From: Klebsormidium nitens
Taxonomy: Eukaryota; Plantae; Klebsormidiophyceae
Assembly: GCA_000708835.1 (NCBI GenBank)
Contig: DF237175.1
Location: forward strand, 62,001 to 126,000
Reading direction: 5' to 3'
DNA: 64,000 nt
The translations under genes and the position numbers were made by a program. Positions 61,392 through 64,000 of the stretch are shown here, in pieces. The notes below the pieces were generated by a model. That model was not told the DNA's origin. It worked only from the letters and a program-made list of their open reading frames with translations, and searched no databases. Position 1 is the first letter of the stretch, and every line of letters begins with the position of its first letter.

Positions 61392-62464
61392 TTATCTCCT
61401 TGACAGCACTCTCTTTAGTTGCTCCACCCCCTGAGAATGGTTTGTTCGCCGGACTATCTCGTACCTTTCGTAGATCTCTTTGAAAATTTTTTCCTGCTTT
61501 TCTGCAAGTTCCTTTTCCTTCTTGGCGTTCATCTGCAAACAGTGGTAAGCAAGTAATCATTCTAACATACTATTGGTTTCAGATCCATCGCCCATAGGTT
61601 GGCACTGAGGGCGGGCCCAAGCATCTGTGTATTACCACCTTCAAGCTCTGCAACAGCCCTTTTGAAGTGTTCCAATCGCTGAACCCAACTTACATTCTAA
61701 TCATGTCATTATGCACATCGAATGATGCTGATACTTTTCCGATTTGTTCTCACCGTTTGTATACGAAAAAGACAAGTACGTGCCCCAAGCTGGCTGCTGA
61801 AAGTTTCTTCTAATCATGAGTGAAAGTTGCCGCGTGCATTACCGACCTTTTTGAGCACAGCGCGCTCCGCCTGCTGCCGCCGGTGCAGCTGCCTCCACTT
61901 CATTGCAAACTCCAGCTCAAGAGCGTCTGAGGACCTCCCCAAAAGCTTCACAGGAAGAGGTGCCGGTTCCTGCACGGTATCTTCCTCCAGGGGCAACTGC
62001 GACTCGTCAGCGATGCACGCCATGATTGGCCGCGGCATCCCCCCGACCATGTACAGCTTCTCAGTCGTTTCCTGGATTACTTTCCTGGCCTGCTCCTCAG
62101 TCCCAAACCGAACCAAGGCTGTTCCTATGCACTCTGGATTGCGGCTTGAATCCAGGTAGTTTCTGGCAATGTAGACGCTCTCTACTTTCCCAAACTGAGC
62201 AAAAGCACTGTAAAGAACTTCTTCCGTTCCTACTGTTGGTGGCACGTCCTGGACGGACACCGTTCGCCTTGCTTTCTGTCGCCTACCGGACCTTGGGGAC
62301 AGAGGGGGTGGTGGAGCTACATCCTGTGGAAGGGGAGGAGTTTCCGCAGGCGGGGGTGGAGGCTCTTCAGGAGGGGGCATTAGGGGACCTTGGCCTTCCG
62401 TGGGAAACAATTGCGGTATTGAGGAATAGTAGCCGCCATAGCTGGTGGACGCAGAACCGTCCAT
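61392..62464 (-). CDS. AIPP1: AIPP1/EDM3-like RRM protein with a Pro-rich N-terminus
   Basis: Exons 62464-61847 and 61532-61392. RRTVSVQDVPP..SAFAQFGKVESVYIARNYL..ALVRF..EEQARKVI..LYMVGGMPRPIMAC is followed by a helical tail RQLHRRQQAERAVLKK|MNAKKEKELAEKQEKIFKEIYERYE. The RTV.V....SAF.QFG.V....NYL....(F/Y)MV.GMPRP..A signature matches plant AIPP1/EDM3 as recalled. Confidence 0.75.
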
Positions 62465-63060
62465 TGGACAACAGTCAGACAATGCCACTTTGCTTCAGGC
62501 GAGATTGAGAGGAACTGTTGAAAGGATCTCAGAACTTGAAGGGCGCTACGGACGAGGGAGGGCCAGGGCTAGGATAAAACATTCGCTCACTCTCATGTTG
62601 TCGCTTGGCATGAGTGTCAGGCCGAAGCTCAAAATGCCGCACCCGGTCCCTAGCTTTCTTCTTGTTGAAAACCTGACGAAGTGGCGACCACAAATTAAAT
62701 ACGTCAGTAAGAAACCGGCACAATGCCGTGCGCACCGGAGCAGCGCATCCTGTGCAACTGCATATTCAGAGACGGCAGCAACCGTCGTCGGATTGGACGG
62801 GCAGGTCGCCAGGTTGGAAAGTCCTTAGGCTTCAGGCTTTACGCTGCGCAGCATCCTGGGCCCGGAGGTTGGGAACTCCCTTTCAACTTTCACACATGTC
62901 CATTCATTTGAAGCACTTGGTGCTCATCAAGCGCAACAGAAGAGCAGGATTCTACAGCTATGCCAAGCTATTCCAAGCTGCAACTTCTTCAGTGTTATTC
63001 CTGCATCCAGCAGAGCGCTCACTGCACTACTGCCAGAGCGACCTTCCAGAGGGTTCCTGA

Positions 63061-63946
63061 ATGTTTGCTCTAATGCGGCGTTTCGTCCATGCTGGAAGCC
63101 TTTCAAGGGCTTCAATTTGGGAAGTGCTGCAAGCATGGGCTGCCAGAGCAGCTGAAAAGCTTGAAGCAACTTCCAAGCTATGGGCGGCAGATGATCTACG
63201 GCCCTGCAACTCTGAGATCAGTTGGGGGAACAGTCTCCAAGCTGTGTCTTATTGTCCTGGACACGATAGCGCGAACACTTCAGAAGTAGCCTTGGATTTG
63301 CAGGTTTCGTCTTGCGCCGACAGAGTATCAAAGCAATGGGCAGTAGGACTTGCAGCAAGACTATTAAGCAGGACTTCTTGTCTTTTTGCACCACCACCTT
63401 TGGTGGCTTTCAGCCAGCTGATTGAGCCTCGCTCAGACTATGATTATGGCAGCTTGTACCATAGACCATATACGACTGCGCAGCACACATCCATGGGGTC
63501 ACCAGATCTCAGATCGTCTGAGCATCAGAAGCACCATGATGGGATAAGAGAGGAAGAAGCAACGACAGTGAGCTGCCCTTGATCTTGATTTTTCTACGGT
63601 ATGATTGTGTGTCGGATCCACATCTCAAATATCTTCAGTTGAAGTTCAAGTTGGTGTAGCAAAGGCTCACTCTTCCTGATTCCATGTCATCTCCACTTTG
63701 CAGCACGTCTACGGATGAGAATTGTCAAAGCTCCTCTGTTCTTGACCCACTTAGCAAGGCCAATATAACCTCTTGCAAATAACGTGCAGTGCTCACACTA
63801 CCGCAGCGCTTGAGAGCGAAGCCCTAAAACGTCATTTCTTTAAAGCAGGTGACAACTAAGGTCTGCAGCGATTGCCAGAGGGAGAAAAGCCTGCGGAACT
63901 TTACCAGATTGATCAGCAGCCCAGACGGACACCACTTCTTGTGCAG
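63061..63946 (+). CDS. Partial gene running off the window, with a Cys-x2-Cys zinc-ribbon-like exon
   Basis: The ORF at 63061 reaches a phase-0 donor at 63567 (ACA|gtgagc), which joins the exon 63849-63946 VTTKVCSDCQREKSLRNFTRLISSPDGHHFLC(R)|gtcagc. The 5' end is unresolved. Confidence 0.45.
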
Positions 63947-64000
63947 GTCAGCATTTCTGAGGCTTGCTAGCAGTGTATCACCACCGAATAAGTCGGATCG

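Noticed and set aside
1-64000. Functional clustering of chromatin and RNA-processing genes (DDR4, HUA1-like, BUB3, AIPP1-like)
   Set aside because: They are interspersed with unrelated organellar and metabolic genes. There is no sign of co-regulation or a cluster beyond ordinary gene density.
1-64000. CRISPR arrays, tRNA/rRNA genes, LTR/LINE coding domains, integrated giant-virus region
   Set aside because: No repeat-spacer array, cloverleaf, rRNA signature, RT/integrase motif or viral core gene was recognised. The EsV-1-7 gene is flanked by ordinary host genes.

Overview
Gene-dense, intron-rich eukaryotic nuclear DNA with GT-AG introns. The six-frame ORF track mostly shows single exons or noise, so genes were rebuilt by hand from splice sites and reading phase. 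The gene mix (plant-type DDR4, HUA1-like CCCH, AIPP1/EDM3-like, CCB3, stand-alone myosin TH1, plus a flagellar SPEF1-like exon) suggests a streptophyte green alga such as Klebsormidium; this is inference. Genes in order: SPEF1-like 3' exon (+), DDT/WHIM protein (-), an unknown multi-exon gene (+), a GT77-like/O-fucosyltransferase fusion (-), WD40 protein (+), membrane-anchored RING-HC ligase (-), a MITE-like element, 5x CCCH protein (+), a 75-aa orphan (-), BUB3 (-), ankyrin protein (-), TH1 protein (+), a weak unknown gene (-), CCB3 (-), glyoxalase/VOC protein (+), EsV-1-7 repeat protein (-), ATP10 (+), a candidate small antisense gene (-), AIPP1-like RRM (-), and a partial gene with a Zn-ribbon exon running off the right end (+). 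Most notable: an intron-containing gene with virus-associated EsV-1-7 repeats, a glycosyltransferase fusion whose GT77-like half has degenerate catalytic motifs, a TIR/TSD-bounded MITE in a divergent promoter, and two tandem duplications in BUB3 that copy splice sites. No tRNA, rRNA or CRISPR array was recognised. All homology calls come from recalled family motifs; no database search was run.
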